DNA of 57,196 nt, the filler included, from Dugesia japonica (taxonomy: Eukaryota), in the NCBI GenBank assembly GCA_001938525.1. It is 4 parts of 4 records of this genome, joined end to end, with 100 filler letters (N's around TTAATTAATTAA, not from the genome) between each part and the next. Parts side by side here need not be neighbours in the genome. Positions count along the whole stretch, not along the records: positions 45,730 to 57,196 come from MQRL01628537.1; 3 more parts are not named here. One strand, 5' to 3'. Of the stretch, positions 53,380-57,196 are shown piece after piece (positions within the stretch are counted from its first letter, which is position 1; every line of letters starts with the position of its first letter). Position numbers and translations under genes: made by a program. The notes beneath the pieces were generated by a model, which was not told where the DNA came from, searched no databases, and saw only the letters and a list, made by a program, of their open reading frames with translations.

Positions 53380-53590
53380 TAAGGCTTATATAGCCTTTTC
53401 TGACGCATCTCGGCATCCTTGCCATTGGCTGCTATTTTAAATTTGAATTTTCTGTTTCCTATTGGTTCTAACGCCAATTTTTTAAGATTTTTCTCGAGTT
53501 TTGGTGCCACGATTGGCAGCTATTTTTAGAGTGACACATGACAATTGTGTCTTTGTTTTATTTATTTTTTCAGGTCTGCCATTGGTTCAA
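53380..53590 (-). promoter_or_regulatory. Putative LTR U3 promoter (several CCAAT boxes and TATA)
   Basis: Four minus-strand CCAAT motifs upstream of TATATAAG (about 53392-53385). Equivalent TATAAAAGG in copy A (about 49082) and copy C (about 34102). Confidence 0.5.
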
Positions 53591-54059
53591 ACTTCAAACC
53601 CCTACAGTGGTTCTCCTGATGAGGTTGGGGTTTTGACGTGCCCAATTTTCAATGCCTTGGCTGAGACCCTTCTCGGATTTTCTTGAGCCCTTTTCGTACA
53701 CTCGACAGGAGCAAAGTTATGGGCAAAAAATGAATTTTAGCCCTAATTTTAATTAATTTTTGTTTAAAATTAATTGATATTCTTTGGTAATTGTTTCTTC
53801 TTTTATTAATTATTTACTTCATTAATTTATTTAATTTTTCCGATTATTATAATAAATACCTTTCATTTTAATCCTCTGAATTTCCAGTTTCATTTAACAG
53901 CGTGCTCCTGATTTTTTTCTTGCTTGATTTTCCATAACCGCTTTTCTTATATATGTTTCTTTCCGTAATTTTATTTCTTGTTTGGTATTGAATGATTTAC
54001 GGTCCCCTTTGATTTTGTTTTCCATTTCACTGGGAGTTTCACCCCAACAATATTATCAA

Positions 54060-54877
54060 TTTTGATATTAAATCTTACTTTGCACTTTATAAGCTTTTAT
54101 CTAAGCACTCATAATTAGTGATTAGTTCCTATATAGATATTTAAGTAATATGATTCATTTTATAGTTTTTAATATTATTAGTATCGTATTATTATTGCTT
54201 GGAACTTTGGTAGTTATTTATATAATTATAATTGAATCTTGTTATTTCTCTTTGACTCATCAATGTAACGTTCATACCCCTGAAGCCACGATACTCCAAA
54301 GAAATTTTGTTTCGAAAGATGGATACCATATAGTTCCGCTGAATTCGAGAATGATGGATAGTGATGCAGGAGAATGCATCGCAAAAATTCTTGCAGCTAC
54401 TAGGTTTCATCCCCCAGACGTAAATTTCAATCAGAAAGATGAAAAATCGATTAGTAGAGAAGAAAAGAAAATACATCAAAAGCCTAGAAGCCCAACAATA
54501 AACACCCACAAAACGACAATTTCAAGTGGGAGATCAAGTATTTAAAAAAAGACAATGAACGATACTGAAGTCCATAGAAGATCGCGGAGAAGATACCTTA
54601 TGCGAAGAACAAATGGTAAAGCTGGAAATGAACGTTGAAAAGCTTTAAAAAAATCGAGGTGGATGTAATGATTAAAAATAACAATTAAAAGTTTAAAGAA
54701 AATTTCAGAAAACATTTAAAGAATTTAAATGTTTAGAAACGTTGTTTAAATATTCAGATTTTAAAAAAAGATTTACAAACAAATCAGTGTCAAATTGAAA
54801 TAAATCTGCCTCAGAATTAGTAATCAAATATTTTTAAAATATTGATTTTAATTTTACAAAAATATTTTCATTTTACA
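54060..54877 (+). mobile_element. Ty3/Gypsy integrase remnant, PPT and probable 3' LTR
   Basis: HQCN and FQVGDQV integrase remnants. Purine tract GAGGTGGA followed by TGTAA at 54664. TTACA candidate ends at 54858 and 54877. Confidence 0.55.
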
Positions 54878-55224
54878 TATAAATAAATAAATTTTAATAT
54901 TATATTTATAATCCAACCTGGTTTTTAAATTAACGTCAAAGCAATGATAAAAAATTAATTAAAACAAATTTCATAAAAACATCTAAAATTAATTTTTTGC
55001 ATTCTAGAGAAAATAAAATATCATTTATTCATGAAAAATCAATAAAATGATAATCCTGTACAAATCACTAAATTAAAAAATTATTTAAAATTTCCATGAA
55101 ATTTAAAGACTTAAATGATGTAAAACGCGCATTTCTAAAAGTCAAATATAAAATGCAAACTCAACACAGTTCCCAGTAAAGAATATAAAATATCATTTAT
55201 TTTCAATCACAAAAGTTAAATTAA

Positions 55225-55421
55225 TTAAAGAAATTCAAAACCTCTAAAATTTAAAATATTTGCAGCCTCTGAAAACGCAGGGTGTCGAGCACCATCCATT
55301 TCTGGCGCAAAAACATTATCACTTAAAACTTGATGCCGTTGACCTCCAACTTGAGCATTACATTCTGCGCATTTAGCAATTTGAGTAGCGCCTCCACATT
55401 CTCCAATTACATAAAAATGCC
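55225..55421 (-). CDS. ZNFX1: ZNFX1-like protein, terminal exon (RZ-type zinc finger)
   Basis: tttag|GG CAT gives GHFYVIGECGGATQIAKCAECNAQVGGQRHQVLSDNVFAPEMDGARHPAFSEAANILNF...stop, matching the characteristic ZNFX1 C-terminus (GH.Y.IG.CGGA...C..C...IGG..H...EMDGA). Not in the ORF track. Confidence 0.85.
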
Positions 55422-57196
55422 CTAAATTTTACAGTTCACTTTTAATATTTTTAACGAGAAAACTTTATTATAATTATAATTTATTTATTATCATAATATG
55501 TTGATGTGGAAAATTTTTAATAAAATGATGTAATTCTCGTTAATTTCAAATCTTTCTTAATATTTTATCGTATAATTATTTCTTCTCTATAATTTGTTGT
55601 TCAATATTTCTTATTCCAAAATCGTATTCGTTTTGTCGAATTTATTTCAGTTGTCTACGTCAAAATTGAAAATCTCGTATTTAAAGTTTGATCATTATAT
55701 TTCTCTTCACTTCATCATCTGAATAGATATTAAAATATCAACATTTCTTTATCTATCTCTATATTCCAGTAATTCTCTATCTAAAGACCAACTATTCAGA
55801 GATGTCCTCATCTATTCCATGGATTTGGACAAAATCTATTTATGTGGTCTCCATCTATTTAGATCTTTCATGTTTTATTGAAAATTTGGAACTGGCATGG
55901 TTTCTGTATTTGCAATTAGTTGACAATTTAATTTTATTATTACATATTATTCTGCAGTATTATTTATTATCTTTCATTTTAAACAATTAATTGTTTTGGA
56001 TATTCAAAATTTGTTTGTTGCTAAAATCATATCTTTACAAAAAGATTTCTTACACCAGTGATTCCCAGCCTTTTTCATGTTNNNNNNNNNNNNNNNNNNN
56101 NNNNNNNNNNNNNNNNNNNNNNNNNNNNNNNNNNNNNNNNNNNNNNNNNNNNNNNNNNNNNNNNNNNNNNNNNNNNNNNNNNNNNNNNNNNNNNNNNNNN
56201 NNNNNNNNNNNNNNNNNNNNNNNNNNNNCTATTTTTAAAAATCATACTCATTTAAACAACACAAGATACAATAATGTCAGTTCCAAACAGGAAGGATCTG
56301 AAGATATGAAGACCACATGAAGAAATTTTGTACAAAACTACAATGTAATCTATGAAATCAACAAGGATATCTTTGAACAAATGATCTTGAGATAGAGAAC
56401 TACTGGAATAAATAAAAAAATATTAATGCTTTAATTTCTATTGAGATGTTGAAGACCACAACGATGAAAAGAAAAATATAATAATCAATCTTTAAATACG
56501 AGATTTTCAGTAAAATACTAAATATACTANAATACTTCAGAATATCTTTCAATATGTTTACTATCGACTATATTTTTAGTTTTGAAATCTTTATCAATTT
56601 GATTAAAACAAAAACTGCATATCAGAGCCTACATTTTAATTCGAACTTTAAATTTTTTACTAACGGCATTGTTTTTCTCGAATCCTATTTGTCAAATTAT
56701 TTAGTCCAACTCATTACATCATGTAAGTATGANNNNNNNNNNNNNNNNNNNNNNNNNNNNNNNNNNNNNNNNNNNNNNNNNNCAGGTGTGAATATTTCCT
56801 TTACTAGAACAAATCAAGAAATTTTCAAAAAGGTACAGTAAAACTTCGTAGATAAAAGATTAATCATGAAAATAATCATTATAAGTTAAATGAAATAGTT
56901 AAAGAAATAGTAAACAATTCGTTAGCTTCGAAAAATCACAAAATTACAACTGAAACAAATCTTGATTTAAAAAAAATCATTTGAATATTTTACTTGAATG
57001 ATAGCAATTTCTAAACATCGCATAATAATAGTTATCAGTCCTGCTAAGGGATTAGAGAAGATTTAATTTTTGTTGATTTTAGGTATTTTCCTCTGGCAAA
57101 GATTTTATCTTAGTCAAGAACAGTTCATTTAATATAAAAGCTTTGATCAAAAATTTGGTTTTATTTATTGATATTGGATAACAATTCGATATTTCG

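Larger units (their letters stand above)
50014..54049 (-). mobile_element. LTR-like multi-ORF element, copy B (complete unit, about 4.0 kb)
   Basis: Starts TGTTGGGGTGAAAC at 54049. Ends with PPT-like AAGCGGGGAGTGATT (50028-50014) abutting the next TGTTGGGG repeat. No gag, PR, RT or IN motifs seen. Confidence 0.8.

Noticed and set aside
55450-57196. Further ZNFX1 exons or LINE fragments
   Set aside because: No recognisable motifs or clean splice-bounded frames.

Overview
This is AT-rich, intron-containing animal DNA. The TE set, TRAF pseudogene and short intron are flatworm-like, which is an inference. The window holds four contigs joined by artificial 100-nt N44-TTAATTAATTAA-N44 linkers at about 20.7, 30.2 and 45.7 kb. 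Host genes: three exons of an ELAV/Hu RNA-binding gene (-), a decayed TRAF-family gene (+) and the terminal RZ-finger exon of a ZNFX1-like gene (-). Most of the rest is transposon debris: Ty3/Gypsy, mariner, hAT/Charlie, Tigger/pogo, MITEs, and Penelope fragments with minimal hammerhead ribozymes. Two things stand out. (1) A ~4-kb LTR-like element occurs as a head-to-tail pair at 45.7-54.0 kb, with a third inverted partial copy at 33.4-35.8 kb. It has no visible gag/pol but carries four conserved small orphan ORFs, each built as splice acceptor - ORF - stop - AATAAA, plus a covarying RNA hairpin next to a polypurine tract. (2) A co-oriented endogenous DNA-virus-like cluster at 30.3-39.9 kb contains a Polinton/adintovirus-type major capsid gene and PLA2 fragment, an intron-containing CRESS-type HUH/SF3 Rep, a zinc-ribbon ORF and a second NS1/E1-like SF3 helicase. 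All family assignments are by motif recognition, not by database search.
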